From Bacillota bacterium (GTDB taxonomy: Bacteria; Bacillota_I; Bacilli_A; Izemoplasmatales; Hujiaoplasmataceae), in NCBI GenBank assembly GCA_029559915.1, contig JAKPZU010000062.1, positions 1-52,593 on the forward strand: a stretch of DNA of 52,593 bases, read 5' to 3'. The stretch's first letter is position 1, and each line of letters opens with the position of its first letter. Under the pieces are notes generated by a model that was not told where the DNA came from, made no database searches, and saw nothing but the letters and a program-made list of their open reading frames with translations. Position numbers and translations under genes: made by a program. Below, piece after piece: positions 1 to 13,458 of this stretch.

Positions 1-558
1 AAAGTTTTAGATATCGTCGCTGTCGGTTTCATTATTGCGCAAGCATTTGGTAGATGGGGTAATTTCTTCAACCAAGAAGCACATGGCGGTATTGTTGGCG
101 GTGCTGTTGGCAATGTTATGAATTTATCGATTCAAGAACAGTTTAATTATTTAAGATACACCATACATATACCAGAATTCATCGTCAATAACATGTACAT
201 AACTAGAGGATTGCATTCTGTTGCTGTAGAACCCTTTACTGGTTATTATCATCCAACCTTTTTATATGAATCAACTCTTAATATTCTCGGTTTTGCAATC
301 ATGTTGGTTTTGAGAAGATACAAGAAAATTCATTTTGGTGAGTTGTTGTCATTCTATTTGATTTGGTATGGCGGTGTAAGAATATTTATTGAAAGCATGA
401 GAACCGATCCGTTGGTATTCGAATTGTTTGGCATGACACTTAAGAGCGCAACGGTTACTTCAACGTTAATGATATTAGGGGGAATTGCTTTATCAATATT
501 CATCAGGATTAAGCGTAAAGGGATGGATTATTCCACAGTAGAAAAACCTTGGTTTTAA
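1..558 (+). CDS. lgt: prolipoprotein diacylglyceryl transferase, C-terminal part (5' end lies outside the window)
   Basis: Frame 1 is open from base 1. The translation KVLDIVAVGFIIAQAFGRWGNFFNQEAHGG carries the Lgt GRWGNFxNxE signature, followed by hydrophobic TM segments. Stop at 556-558. Confidence 0.85.
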   Translation, partial: KVLDIVAVGFIIAQAFGRWGNFFNQEAHGGIVGGAVGNVMNLSIQEQFNYLRYTIHIPEFIVNNMYITRGLHSVAVEPFTGYYHPTFLYESTLNILGFAIMLVLRRYKKIHFGELLSFYLIWYGGVRIFIESMRTDPLVFELFGMTLKSATVTSTLMILGGIALSIFIRIKRKGMDYSTVEKPWF

Positions 559-576
559 ATATTAGGAGTGATTAGA

Positions 577-1527
577 ATGTCGTTTTCCCAAGAAGTTAAA
601 CAAGAACTGCAAAGTTTAAAACATTTAAATTGTTGTAATAAGGCCGAACTTTCGGCTTTATTGCATATTAACGGCTCGATTGAAAAAAATTCAGAAGGCC
701 TTAATTTAGTGTTTCAAACCACAAATAACGCTGTTGTCAGAAGGTTTATGACACTTTCCAAAGAACTTTATAACAACAACCTAATCTTGATTAAGAAACA
801 GATCAACAGATTGAAAAAACATGATTTATTCATTATAAAGATCCATGAAAATGTCAATTATATAATTTCTGATCTATCCTTGATTAACAAAGACGCCTAT
901 TTTTTTCAGGACGTTGATGAAAGACTAGTAAGTAATGAATGTTGTAAAAGAGCGTATTTAAGAGGCGTTTTTATGGCTTCGGGTTCGATAAATTCACCGG
1001 AAACCAGCGCGTACCATCTGGAAATTCAATCTTTTTCAGAAAAACAAGCAGAGATTATCAAGGAACTGAGTTCAGAATTTAGTTTAAATGCTAAAGTTGC
1101 CCAGAATAAAAGGGGATATATCACATACATTAAGGAAGCTGAAAAAATAGCTGATTTTCTTAGGGTTATCGGAGCCAGCAATTCTTTGTTCGATTTTGAA
1201 GATTCAAGAATCAAGAGAGATTTTAAAAATTCAATCAACCGTGTGATGAATTGTGACATTGCCAATGAGAAAAAAGCCATGGACGCAGCCAATAAACAGT
1301 TGGAATATATTGAAATCATAGAAAAGAAATTACAGAACAATCTGCAAAAGAGCATTAAAGAGGCGATATTTTTAAGAAAAACATATCCTGAAGCAAGTCT
1401 TTTGGAATTATCACGAGCGTCCAGCGAGCACTTTGATGAACCGATCTCCAAATCCGCATTAAATCATCGTTTTCGCGCGATTAAGGATTTGGCAAACAAA
1501 ATTATGATTGAAGAGGTGCTGAAATGA
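577..1527 (+). CDS. whiA: DNA-binding protein WhiA
   Basis: About 316 aa. FSQEVKQEL N-terminus, CCKRAYLRGVFMASGSINSPE block and C-terminal HTH-like tail are typical of WhiA. AGGAG at 564-568 favours ATG 577 over the GTG 568 given in the ORF track. Confidence 0.88.
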   Translation: MSFSQEVKQELQSLKHLNCCNKAELSALLHINGSIEKNSEGLNLVFQTTNNAVVRRFMTLSKELYNNNLILIKKQINRLKKHDLFIIKIHENVNYIISDLSLINKDAYFFQDVDERLVSNECCKRAYLRGVFMASGSINSPETSAYHLEIQSFSEKQAEIIKELSSEFSLNAKVAQNKRGYITYIKEAEKIADFLRVIGASNSLFDFEDSRIKRDFKNSINRVMNCDIANEKKAMDAANKQLEYIEIIEKKLQNNLQKSIKEAIFLRKTYPEASLLELSRASSEHFDEPISKSALNHRFRAIKDLANKIMIEEVLK

Positions 1528-1868
1528 TTTTAGGGGTAGGCATTGATATTTGTCAAAATAATCGAATTAAAATTGAAATGGCTAGTAGGATTTTGAATGG
1601 CGAAGAAAAACTGATTTTTGATTCTTTTTCAAGAGAAGAAAGAAAAATTGAGTATTTATCTGGTCGATTTGCGGTAAAAGAAGCTTTAATCAAAGCATTC
1701 TCACAGGCAAATAGAGAGATTTTTATGAGAGATATAACCATCTTAAATGATGAATTGAATCGACCTTTTCTTGCAAAACCGATTTTTCAAGATATCAAAA
1801 TCCATTTATCGATATCTCATGAAACGGAATATACAATTGGCTTTGCGATAATGGAAACCAAGAGATAA
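1524..1868 (+). CDS. acpS: holo-[acyl-carrier-protein] synthase
   Basis: 114 aa with MILGVGIDI N-terminus, KEA.IKA and SISHE motifs of AcpS. ATGA overlap with the whiA stop. Confidence 0.85.
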   Translation: MILGVGIDICQNNRIKIEMASRILNGEEKLIFDSFSREERKIEYLSGRFAVKEALIKAFSQANREIFMRDITILNDELNRPFLAKPIFQDIKIHLSISHETEYTIGFAIMETKR

Positions 1869-1888
1869 ATTGATAATAAAAATAATTG

Positions 1889-1917
1889 TTGCAAAAAGTT
1901 CGAAAATTAGATAAAAT
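1889..1917 (+). promoter_or_regulatory. sigma-70-type promoter (TTGCAA, 17 nt spacer, TAAAAT)
   Basis: Hexamers at 1889-1894 and 1912-1917 upstream of the 1938 ORF. Confidence 0.45.
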
Positions 1918-1937
1918 GATAATGCTGAGGTGAAGAT

Positions 1938-2447
1938 ATGGCAACTTATAAAAAAGGATTTAAAAAACAAAATACGGAGCTTTTACTGCTTAAAACTATC
2001 GTTGCAATCATCGTTGCGGTAATCTTAGTTGTGGCAGTGGCTTTTATTTATGATTCAGTGACAAAATGGAAAGATTATAGCAATTATTCAAGTATTGAAA
2101 AATATGAAGATGCTTTTGCTTTGAAGGATGCTAATCAACAGGCGATTACTGATTATGTCATTTATGTTTATTCTGACACTAATGAAGGCAGCATCAACAT
2201 CAAGAACGATGTTTTGAAGATTGCCAATAAATTGGATGATGATTTCTTCTTTCTGTTAAACACAAGCACTGTTAAAGGTGAGAATGCGGATTTCTTGGAA
2301 GCCATTCAAAGAACAACTGTTTCTACACCGATGATTATTGTCGTTAATGATGGAGAAGTTGAAGAACTTTTCGTTGGTTCTACCGCAGTGATAGACATTT
2401 TAACGCAAATTCAAAACAATACTTACTCACCTTTCATTGAAGAATAG
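1938..2447 (+). CDS. hypothetical membrane-anchored protein (N-terminal TM helix, possible thioredoxin-like fold without CxxC)
   Basis: 169-aa ORF with RBS GAGGTGA upstream and one N-terminal hydrophobic helix (LLLLKTIVAIIVAVILVVAVAFIY). No recognisable catalytic motif. Confidence 0.6.
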   Translation: MATYKKGFKKQNTELLLLKTIVAIIVAVILVVAVAFIYDSVTKWKDYSNYSSIEKYEDAFALKDANQQAITDYVIYVYSDTNEGSINIKNDVLKIANKLDDDFFFLLNTSTVKGENADFLEAIQRTTVSTPMIIVVNDGEVEELFVGSTAVIDILTQIQNNTYSPFIEE

Positions 2448-2455
2448 TTTTTTTG

Positions 2456-2484
2456 GGAGCTAGATTAGATAGCTCCTTTTTTTT
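2456..2484 (+). terminator. intrinsic terminator
   Basis: GGAGCTA / TAGCTCC stem with 7-nt loop, followed by T8. Confidence 0.75.
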
Positions 2485-2546
2485 GGCTTTTTTTCCGGAA
2501 ATATGGTAGAATATTAATAAGTTTAGAAGGAGTATACAGGATAATT

Positions 2547-4748
2547 ATGGACTATATCAATGTTGATTTAATTAAACAAGTAGCCAAAGCCCAAGGAATT
2601 ACCGTAAAACAAATCGAAGCGGTTTTAGCTATGCTTGAAGAGGGAAACACTGTTCCTTTCATCGCGCGTTATCGTAAAGAAAAAACCGGTTCTTTGGACG
2701 AGGAACAAATCAGGGCAATCCAAAAAGAATATGAATATGGCAAATCCTTGCAAGAGAGAAAAGAAGACATCATTCGCCTAATAGACGAGAAAGGCATGCT
2801 GACTGAAGAACTGCGGAAGGATATCAATGCCTGCGACAAATTAGTCGATTTGGAAGATATTTACCGTCCGTTCAAAGAAAAGAAAAAGACGAAAGCAACT
2901 GAAGCAATTAGAATGGGGCTTGAACCTTTAGCTAACCTAATTTTGACTTTTCCGGAAGTTGATGACATCAACAATATGGCTTTACCATATTTGAATGAAG
3001 AAGTTCTAACTGTAGAAGACGCTTTGCAGGGTGCTAAGTACATCATCGCCGAGATGGTTTCTGACAATGCCGATTACCGTAAATGGATTAGGAATTATAC
3101 CAACAAAAATGGAAAAATTGTTACTAAAATAAAAAAAGACGCAGAAGATCAATATCAAACTTATCAAAATTATTATGATTTTGAAGAAAATTTGAATACT
3201 ATCAAGTTATATAGGATATTAGCAATCAATCGAGCTGAGAAAGAAAAAATTATCACTGTAAAAATTGATGTTGATACAGATGAAATTTTTACTTATTTGA
3301 ATAAAAAAGTCATACAAGACCATAAATCAAATGTAAATCCTTTGATTGAAGAATCTTACATCGACGCCTATAAAAGACTAATTAGCGGATCTATCTCCAG
3401 GGAAATTAGAACTGATTTTACTGATCGTGCCGAGAATCAAGCAATTCACATTTTTTCTGAAAATTTGAGATCTTTGTTGCTGCAACCACCATTAAAAGGT
3501 CAAATGGTTTTAGGAATAGACCCAGCTTTTAGAACTGGTTGCAAATTAGCGGTAATTGATCGTTTCGGCAAGTTCATCGACAAAGGTGTTATCTATCCTC
3601 ATGAGGCATATATTGGCCAAAACGTTAACCCTAGGCAAATAGAAGAAGCGAAGAAAATATTAAAGAGTTTTATTTCTAAATATAAGATAGACATTATCGC
3701 AATCGGGAATGGTACTGCCTCGAGAGAAACAGAAAGCTTTGTTGCCAACATGTTAAAAGAATTGGATAGACAAGTCAAGTATGTAATCGTCAATGAAGCA
3801 GGCGCTTCAGTTTATTCAGCGTCTGATTTAGCCAGAGAAGAGTTTCCTGATTTCCAAGTTGAAGAAAGATCTGCAGTTTCGATTGCCAGAAGAATGCAGG
3901 ATCCATTGAGCGAATTGGTTAAAATCGATCCTAAATCAATTGGTGTTGGTCAGTATCAACATGATGTCACGCAAGCAAAATTATCCGATTCATTGGATTT
4001 TGTGGTGACAACAGCGGTAAATCAAATTGGTGTTAACGTAAATACTGCCTCGGCATCGCTTTTGCAATACGTTTCTGGCTTGTCGGGTAAAGTTGCAAAA
4101 AACATTGTCGATAAAAGAGAAAACCACGGACCTTACAATAGTAGAAAAGAATTGATGGATGTTCCAAGTTTGGGAGCCAAGACTTTCGAACAAGCTATAG
4201 GTTTCTTGAGGATTTTCAATTCAATGGAAATTTTGGACAAAACACCAATCCATCCGGAAAGTTATGATTTGGCTTATCAACTCCTTGGATATCTCAAACT
4301 CGATGCCGAAGAAATAGGAACGGAAAAATGTAGACTGATAATAGCTAAAGCTGACAAAACACAAATCGCCAATCATTTCAATCAGAGTTTGGTCTTGATA
4401 GAAGATATTTTGGATGCATTCGTTTCGCCAACCAGGGATATCAGGGATGATTTTCCACAACCGCTCTTAAAAAGCGAACTGCTAAGTTTGGAAGATTTGA
4501 AAGTGGATATGGAATTGCAGGGAACAGTAAGAAATGTTGTAGATTTTGGCGCATTTATCGACGTTGGAATTAAGGAAGCCGGATTAGTACATATTTCCAA
4601 ACTTAGTAAATCTTATGTTAAACATCCTCTGGATGTAGTCAGTGTTGGCGATATCGTTAAAGTCTGGGTTGTCAGTGTTGATTTGGCAAGAAAAAGACTG
4701 CAGTTGACAATGGTCAATCCGAAAGAAAAGCCAAGTTTTGTAAATTAG
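2547..4748 (+). CDS. tex: Tex-like transcription accessory protein (YqgF/RuvC-like, HhH and C-terminal S1 domains)
   Basis: 733 aa. N-terminal VPFIARYRKE motif, central YqgF-like GIDPAFRTGCK, and C-terminal S1 domain (GTVRNVVDFGAFIDVG...GLVHISKLS). Confidence 0.9.
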   Translation: MDYINVDLIKQVAKAQGITVKQIEAVLAMLEEGNTVPFIARYRKEKTGSLDEEQIRAIQKEYEYGKSLQERKEDIIRLIDEKGMLTEELRKDINACDKLVDLEDIYRPFKEKKKTKATEAIRMGLEPLANLILTFPEVDDINNMALPYLNEEVLTVEDALQGAKYIIAEMVSDNADYRKWIRNYTNKNGKIVTKIKKDAEDQYQTYQNYYDFEENLNTIKLYRILAINRAEKEKIITVKIDVDTDEIFTYLNKKVIQDHKSNVNPLIEESYIDAYKRLISGSISREIRTDFTDRAENQAIHIFSENLRSLLLQPPLKGQMVLGIDPAFRTGCKLAVIDRFGKFIDKGVIYPHEAYIGQNVNPRQIEEAKKILKSFISKYKIDIIAIGNGTASRETESFVANMLKELDRQVKYVIVNEAGASVYSASDLAREEFPDFQVEERSAVSIARRMQDPLSELVKIDPKSIGVGQYQHDVTQAKLSDSLDFVVTTAVNQIGVNVNTASASLLQYVSGLSGKVAKNIVDKRENHGPYNSRKELMDVPSLGAKTFEQAIGFLRIFNSMEILDKTPIHPESYDLAYQLLGYLKLDAEEIGTEKCRLIIAKADKTQIANHFNQSLVLIEDILDAFVSPTRDIRDDFPQPLLKSELLSLEDLKVDMELQGTVRNVVDFGAFIDVGIKEAGLVHISKLSKSYVKHPLDVVSVGDIVKVWVVSVDLARKRLQLTMVNPKEKPSFVN

Positions 4749-4758
4749 ACCCAATGTC

Positions 4759-4788
4759 TTGAAATCAGTCTTTAAATAGTAATATAAT
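4759..4788 (+). promoter_or_regulatory. sigma-70-type promoter (TTGAAA, 18 nt spacer, TATAAT)
   Basis: Hexamers at 4759-4764 and 4783-4788, upstream of the 4823 ORF. Confidence 0.5.
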
Positions 4789-4822
4789 AGACCTATAAAA
4801 CATTTTAAAGGAGGAATTTAAA

Positions 4823-5491
4823 ATGGCAAAACCGAAGTACGGATATGGGTGGGCATTAAAATGGGTACTGGCCGCAATCTTGATTGCTGTTGGCATATTC
4901 ATGGTCCTGAGCGAAGATATCGTTTATATCATCACTGGTATGACAATCGTAATTTTCTCGGTCTTCAGGGTCTATCCATTGCTCAAATCATTGAACAGAG
5001 AATTTTTACGAACAATTAATTTGATTGAGATATTAATATCCTTGGTACTGGGGGGAATAATGATTTATGCAGGTTTCACCCAAAAGGATGCAAACGGCGC
5101 ATTAAATCCACCTTGGGATGGACTTTATCGTTGGTTTTTAGTGTTCTTCCTCTATGTACGAGGTTTGGTATTCTTTATCTCGACAACATTTTTTAATGAA
5201 AAAACTGAAGTCCCGAAATTCATCTTCCATATTGTAGCTTTGACTTTAGGTGCTGTTTTTGCGGTACTAGAAGGGTTTGAAGCTAAAACGATTGGTTGGA
5301 TATTCTTGTTTATTGCGATAGGTGGAGCGGTATACTTGGGCTTCGATGGTTATGGCGGTTATTGTAAATATCGAGATTATCAAAAAACTATTAATCAGTC
5401 TAAGGAAAAAGCAAAAGATCCAAAAGTTGAGAAGGAATTACCTAAACATATCGAAGATGAAGTCAAACAACCAGAAACCTATATAAGTTAA
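4823..5491 (+). CDS. hypothetical polytopic membrane protein with K/E-rich C-terminal tail
   Basis: 222-aa ORF with strong RBS AAAGGAGG. About 5-6 hydrophobic helices and no recognised motif. Confidence 0.6.
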   Translation: MAKPKYGYGWALKWVLAAILIAVGIFMVLSEDIVYIITGMTIVIFSVFRVYPLLKSLNREFLRTINLIEILISLVLGGIMIYAGFTQKDANGALNPPWDGLYRWFLVFFLYVRGLVFFISTTFFNEKTEVPKFIFHIVALTLGAVFAVLEGFEAKTIGWIFLFIAIGGAVYLGFDGYGGYCKYRDYQKTINQSKEKAKDPKVEKELPKHIEDEVKQPETYIS

Positions 5492-5498
5492 AAAAATC

Positions 5499-5527
5499 TT
5501 GACAGTCAGCCTTAAATCTAGTAATAT
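5499..5527 (+). promoter_or_regulatory. promoter for tRNA-Ser (TTGACA, 17 nt spacer, TAATAT)
   Basis: Hexamers at 5499-5504 and 5522-5527. Confidence 0.55.
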
Positions 5528-5549
5528 TAAATGGCTGGCTGTTAAAAAT

Positions 5550-5640
5550 GGAGTAATACTCAAGAGGCCGAAGAGGCGCCCCTGCTAAGGGTGTAGGTCG
5601 GGAAACCGGCGCGAGAGTTCGAATCTCTCTTACTCCGCCA
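5550..5640 (+). tRNA. tRNA-Ser (anticodon GCU), CCA encoded
   Basis: Acceptor GGAGTAA/TTACTCC, anticodon loop CTGCTAA, long variable arm, T-arm GAGAGTTCGAATCTCTC, 3' GCCA. Confidence 0.9.
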
Positions 5641-5650
5641 GACAAAAAAT

Positions 5651-5680
5651 AAAACGCCATTTCTTGGCGTTTTTTCTTTT
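5651..5680 (+). terminator. intrinsic terminator after tRNA-Ser
   Basis: AAAACGCCA / TGGCGTTTT stem, 5-nt loop, T-rich tail. Confidence 0.8.
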
Positions 5681-5737
5681 ATAGCAATTGATTGAGATTT
5701 GTATTGAAGATATAATTACTCTATAAGGAGTTTTTAT

Positions 5738-6586
5738 TTGAAAGTAATAGAGTGGGTTTTACAAGGCGATGAATCATCGGTTTATTCAGTAAAAAGAATT
5801 TACTGAAAACCAATAATGAGGAACTACAATTTATACAATCTAAATTGCCCGACCGAGGTATAGCAAATTTCATTTTGAACCAAAAAGATTAAAGTACCGA
5901 TTTGTGAGGCAATTGTATTTACTCGTCCAAATATGCTTCAACTCATTGTACGCTTTGGGAATTATGTCAATTAGGAGTTGATTTAAGCAACATTAGATTA
6001 AGCAATTACATCGCAAAACTTACAGAAGAAATGAGGAAAGTTTTAGGTAAAGTAAAAGCATGTCGACATTAGGATTTATTTATTGTCGCAATGATTCTTA
6101 AAATTCGATTGAAAGGTAAAATTAACGATAATAAAAACAAGGAAATGATTGACTACATTATTGAATACCAAATGAAAGATGGAGGGTTTAATTATGCGGG
6201 GGAAAGAAGGCCATTTCTGAAACAATCCTCTCTTCACACAACATTATTGGTATTGGATACTTTTGCATCTTGTCGCGAAAACAATAACCTTTATCGTTCT
6301 AAGGAAATTGAATTAGCTACGAAGCAATGTATTGAATATATATTGACCAAAAGCCTATCCAGATCGGTTTCTACCGAAAAAAAACATTCATGAAGACCTG
6401 TTAAAGTGCCTGTTTCCATATGGATGGAAGTACAATATCATGAGAGCGTTATTTTTGATAAGTTACTTTGATTATGCTTATGATCATAGAATGGATGAAG
6501 CATTGAATATACTCATTCAAAGAGCCAATGATTACAGAAGAATTAACGCTTTTAGCCTATCTGCTGGCAAACATAATTTAATTTAG
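5738..6586 (+). pseudogene. decayed gene for a prenyltransferase/terpene-cyclase-repeat-like protein
   Basis: One protein-like reading runs across three frames. It starts at TTG 5738 (RBS AAGGAG 5725-5730) and shifts frame near 5798-5803. It has in-frame TAA 5890, TGA 5905 and TAG 6070. A second frameshift falls at the A8 run 6377-6384, and the final stop is 6584-6586. Fragments such as VIEWVLQGDES, YQMKDGGFNY and FPYGWKYNIMRAL resemble that repeat family, recalled from memory rather than searched. Confidence 0.6.
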
Positions 6587-6739
6587 ACAAGAAGAAATAA
6601 TTATTGCCGATTCAATACAACATATAGATTTTTGTATATTATAAAAAAATATCGGAATATCAAAAATATATTAGTAAACATTTCTTATTATAAAACTGAA
6701 AAGATAATGATATAATGTATTAAATAGGAGGATGTGTCT

Positions 6740-7546
6740 ATGACAGAATTTTTTGCTAATATAAATCCTATATTGGCAGCGTTTATCGGAACAATTTTCA
6801 CCTATTCCATGACGGCTTTGGGATCCGGCTTGGTCTTTTTATTCAAGAACATGACCCAGTCTTTTATGAACGGAATGCTTGGTTTCAGTGCCGGAGTGAT
6901 GATAGCTGCTTCATTTTGGAGTTTGTTGAATCCAGCAATTGAACTGGCTGAAGAAATCGGAATGATTCCTTGGGTTCCAGCCGTAATCGGCTTCATCTCT
7001 GGAGGGGCTTTTTTGATGCTTGTCGACAAATTATTGCCACACGTTCATGTGGAATCGCATCACGTAGAAGGCTTGCCAAGCAAGTGGAGAAGATCTGTTC
7101 TTTTGGTTTTATCAATAACTTTACATAATTTGCCTGAAGGTTTGGCTGTTGGTGTCGCTTTTGGTGCAGCGGCTGCGGGTATACCCGGAGCTTCAATCGG
7201 GGCAGCCATCGCACTTGCAATTGGGATTGGCATTCAAAATCTTCCGGAAGGAACCGCTGTCAGCGTTCCGCTCCATCGAGAAGGCATGTCAAAGCAAAAA
7301 GCTTTCGCAATTGGTCAATTTAGTGGAATGGTTGAACCTATCGCTGGAGTATTGGGAGCTGCTTTGGCATTAACAATGAGAAACATTTTACCTTATGCTC
7401 TGTCGTTTGCTGCAGGAGCTATGATTTACGTAGTTATCGAAGAGTTGATACCGGAATCACAAATGATGAAAACAACAAAAATCGCAACTATTGGAGCGAT
7501 GATTGGATTCTCGGTAATGATGATGCTTGACGTGGCGTTGGGATAA
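6740..7546 (+). CDS. zupT: ZIP-family zinc/divalent-metal transporter (ZupT/GufA-like)
   Basis: Multi-TM protein with the paired ZIP signatures HNLPEGLAVG and QNLPEGTAV. AGGAGG at 6726-6731 favours ATG 6740 over GTG 6734. Confidence 0.85.
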   Translation: MTEFFANINPILAAFIGTIFTYSMTALGSGLVFLFKNMTQSFMNGMLGFSAGVMIAASFWSLLNPAIELAEEIGMIPWVPAVIGFISGGAFLMLVDKLLPHVHVESHHVEGLPSKWRRSVLLVLSITLHNLPEGLAVGVAFGAAAAGIPGASIGAAIALAIGIGIQNLPEGTAVSVPLHREGMSKQKAFAIGQFSGMVEPIAGVLGAALALTMRNILPYALSFAAGAMIYVVIEELIPESQMMKTTKIATIGAMIGFSVMMMLDVALG

Positions 7547-7567
7547 TAAATAAGAACGACAAAAAGT

Positions 7568-7599
7568 AAAGAGTAGGCTGGAAAATCAGCCTACTCTTT
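7568..7599. terminator. bidirectional intrinsic terminator between zupT and gyrA
   Basis: 13-bp stem AAAGAGTAGGCTG / CAGCCTACTCTTT with 6-nt loop, flanked by A-run and T-run. It abuts the gyrA stop codon. Confidence 0.8.
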
Positions 7600-10224
7600 T
7601 TAATATGTATTGTTTAATATTTCTTCCAATTCATCAACTTCGTTTTCTTCGTCTGAATCTTCTTCAATAATCACTTCATCTAAATCCTCGATTGAAAAGA
7701 CTTCTGTTTTAGCTTTATTTATAGATTCATCCTCGATTTCAATATGTGGGTTTTCTTCCAAGATGTCATATTCTTCGCTCTCGTCTTTAGCGACTAAGGC
7801 AATGGTCGAAACAACGTGGTCTTCAAGGAGATTGATTATCTTGACTCCTTGTGTAGCTCTCTTGGTAATTGAAATTTGATCAATTGGTGTTCTGATGATT
7901 ATGCCTTTGTCCGATACAGCCAATAGGTCTTCATCGCCAACTACGGAAATCAATTTTGCCAACTCACCGTTTTTAGCTGTGACATTGAGTGTTTTAACCC
8001 CTTTTCCACCCCGTTTTTGTAGGCGATATTCATCGACCTCGGTTCTCTTTCCATAACCTTTTTTGGTAATGGCAAGTATCTGATTTCTTTCTTCAGTAAC
8101 TGTTGAAACACCAACTACGATTTCGTTATCATCCAGACTTATACCTTTAACACCAGCGGCGTTACGCCCCATATCCCTAACATCAGTTTCGTGGAAACGG
8201 ATTGCCTTTCCGTTGGATGCGCCAATGATAATGTCGCGTTCGCCGTTGGTCAATCTTACCGAATGCAAGAAATCATCATCTCTCAAAGTAATGGCTCTGA
8301 TACCATTGACTCGAATGTTTTGGAAGTTGGAAACAGCAGTTCTTTTTACAATGCCTTTAGCGGTAGTAAAGAAGAGGTAACCTGAATCAAAATCCTTTAT
8401 TGACATCACAGCAGCCAAACTTTCGCCTTCGTTCAAATTGAGCAGGTTGACAATTGGCAACCCCTTGGAATTTCTACCAAAATTTGGGATTTTATAGCCT
8501 TTGATTTTGTAAACTCTACCCATGTTGGTAAAGAATAACAAGTAATCATGTGTTTGAGTGAAAATTATTGAATCGATGACATCGTCTTCATTGAGATTGA
8601 TGCCGGTTTTACCACGGCCGCCACGATTTTGTGAACGATAGACATCAAGGTTCATTCTCTTTACATAGCCATTAGTAGTAATTGCAACAATGACGTCTTC
8701 AATCGGAATTAAATCTTCATCTTCGATATCGCTATCTCCAAAAGGATCAATTTCAGTTCTTCTGGCATCACCGTATTTTTCTTTAATTTCCAAGGCATCA
8801 GCAATTAGGATACGATCTCGTTTTTCTTTATCAATTAAAGTTTCCTGCAAATCTGTTATCATCTCACTCAGCAATTTAACTTCTTGATCAATCTTTTCTC
8901 TTTCCAATCCCGATAATCGTCTCAATTGCATTGCGAGAATCGCTTTGGTTTGGATTTCAGATAGATTGAAAGCTTGCATTAATTGTGTCTCAGTATCATC
9001 GTAAGATTCCTTGATAATTTTTATTACGTGATCAATATTGTCTAAAGCGATTATAAAACCTTCAAGTAAGTGAAGTCTTTGTTGCGCTTTATCAAGATCG
9101 AACTTAGTTTTGCGAACCAGAACTTCAATTTGGTGTTCATAATAATACTTTAACATGTCAATAAGGCCCAAAACAACAGGCTTATCATTTACCAATGCTA
9201 GCATATTGGCACCAAAAGAAGTTTGCATTGAAGAATTTTTGAGAAGGTTGTTTAGAACAACCTCAGCATTTGCATCCCTTCTTAACTCAATGACAATGCG
9301 CATGCCTTTTCTGCTTGATTCGTCTCTTAAATCAGTAATTCCTTCGACCTTGCCTTCTTTGGCGAGTTCGGCAATTCTCTCAATCAAAGTCGTTTTGTTA
9401 ATCTGGTAAGGTATTTCTTTGACGATGATTTGCTTCTTACCATTTGCCATCTCAACGATTTCAGTTCTAGCCTTGATTCTTATTGTGCCTCTTCCGGTTG
9501 CGTAAGCGGAAGTTATACCGGCTTGTCCAAGTATAACTCCTCCAGTTGGAAAATCAGGGCCTTTAATGAACTCCATAATTTCATCCAAATCAATATTCTT
9601 ATTCTTTATGTAGGCGATGTATCCATCCAGCACTTCATTGAGATTGTGAGGTGGGATATTGGTCGCCATGGCTACGGCTATGCCACTTGAGCCGTTGACT
9701 AAAAGATTTGGAAATTTTGATGGCAATACTTTTGGTTCTTGTTCGGAACCATCGTAATTATCTACGAAATCAACGGTATTCTTTCTTAAATCTTTAAGAA
9801 TTTCGTGGGTGATTTTTTCCATTCTTGCTTCAGTGTAACGCATAGCTGCCGGTGGGTCGCCATCAATGGAACCAAAGTTACCATGGCCATTGACCAAAGG
9901 ATAACGAGTGGAAAAATCTTGAGCCAATCTAACTAAAGCGTCATAAATTGAGCTATCTCCGTGAGGGTGATATTTACCCATGACATCGCCGACGATTCTG
10001 GCAGATTTTTTGAAAGCTTTATCAGCATAGACACCCAATTCGTCCATTCCATAAAGAATTCTTCTATGAACTGGTTTTAATCCATCTCTGACATCAGGTA
10101 TAGCTCTTGCTACAATTACGCTCATTGCATAAGACAAGAAGGAGTTTTTCATTTCGTTTGTAAGGTTTATTTCAGTGACCTTATCAAAATTAATATTATT
10201 GATATTTCCTTTATTTTCTTCCAT
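7600..10224 (-). CDS. gyrA: DNA gyrase subunit A
   Basis: 874 aa. [23 protein letters not shown]-terminus, catalytic-Tyr region AAMRYTE, GyrA-box [10 protein letters not shown], and a long acidic C-terminal tail. Confidence 0.95.
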   Translation of the reverse strand: MEENKGNINNINFDKVTEINLTNEMKNSFLSYAMSVIVARAIPDVRDGLKPVHRRILYGMDELGVYADKAFKKSARIVGDVMGKYHPHGDSSIYDALVRLAQDFSTRYPLVNGHGNFGSIDGDPPAAMRYTEARMEKITHEILKDLRKNTVDFVDNYDGSEQEPKVLPSKFPNLLVNGSSGIAVAMATNIPPHNLNEVLDGYIAYIKNKNIDLDEIMEFIKGPDFPTGGVILGQAGITSAYATGRGTIRIKARTEIVEMANGKKQIIVKEIPYQINKTTLIERIAELAKEGKVEGITDLRDESSRKGMRIVIELRRDANAEVVLNNLLKNSSMQTSFGANMLALVNDKPVVLGLIDMLKYYYEHQIEVLVRKTKFDLDKAQQRLHLLEGFIIALDNIDHVIKIIKESYDDTETQLMQAFNLSEIQTKAILAMQLRRLSGLEREKIDQEVKLLSEMITDLQETLIDKEKRDRILIADALEIKEKYGDARRTEIDPFGDSDIEDEDLIPIEDVIVAITTNGYVKRMNLDVYRSQNRGGRGKTGINLNEDDVIDSIIFTQTHDYLLFFTNMGRVYKIKGYKIPNFGRNSKGLPIVNLLNLNEGESLAAVMSIKDFDSGYLFFTTAKGIVKRTAVSNFQNIRVNGIRAITLRDDDFLHSVRLTNGERDIIIGASNGKAIRFHETDVRDMGRNAAGVKGISLDDNEIVVGVSTVTEERNQILAITKKGYGKRTEVDEYRLQKRGGKGVKTLNVTAKNGELAKLISVVGDEDLLAVSDKGIIIRTPIDQISITKRATQGVKIINLLEDHVVSTIALVAKDESEEYDILEENPHIEIEDESINKAKTEVFSIEDLDEVIIEEDSDEENEVDELEEILNNTY

Positions 10225-10235
10225 TTTCTCCCTCC

Positions 10236-13236
<3,001 letters not shown>

Positions 13237-13237
<1 letters not shown>

Positions 13238-13458
13238 TATCTAATAATCCTATATTTTGAACCATTGATTTCAACCATGTCGTTAGGATATATTTTCTTG
13301 CCACGTCTATTCTCAGGTTCATCGTTAAAGAGTATTTGGTTTTGCATGATAAAAAGCTTAACTTCCGCTCCAGAACCAATGAGGTTTAGGAACTTAATCA
13401 ATTGGCCTAGAGTAATGAATGGAGTTGTTATTTTTACATCTTTCATTGGCTTCACCAT
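13237..13458 (-). CDS. yaaA: S4-domain RNA-binding protein YaaA
   Basis: 73 aa. ITLGQLIKF...NDEPENRRGKKIYPNDMVEI matches the small S4-like protein found upstream of recF. The start could instead be the internal ATG (MKDVKI). Confidence 0.8.

Noticed and set aside
5905-5907. In-frame TGA in the decayed gene, considered as a possible UGA=Trp recoding signal
   Set aside because: TGA is used as a genuine stop for well-defined genes in this window (whiA, glmE, mfd, citXG). The encoded tRNA-Trp has anticodon CCA. The same reading also contains in-frame TAA and TAG plus two frameshifts, so pseudogenisation is the simpler explanation.
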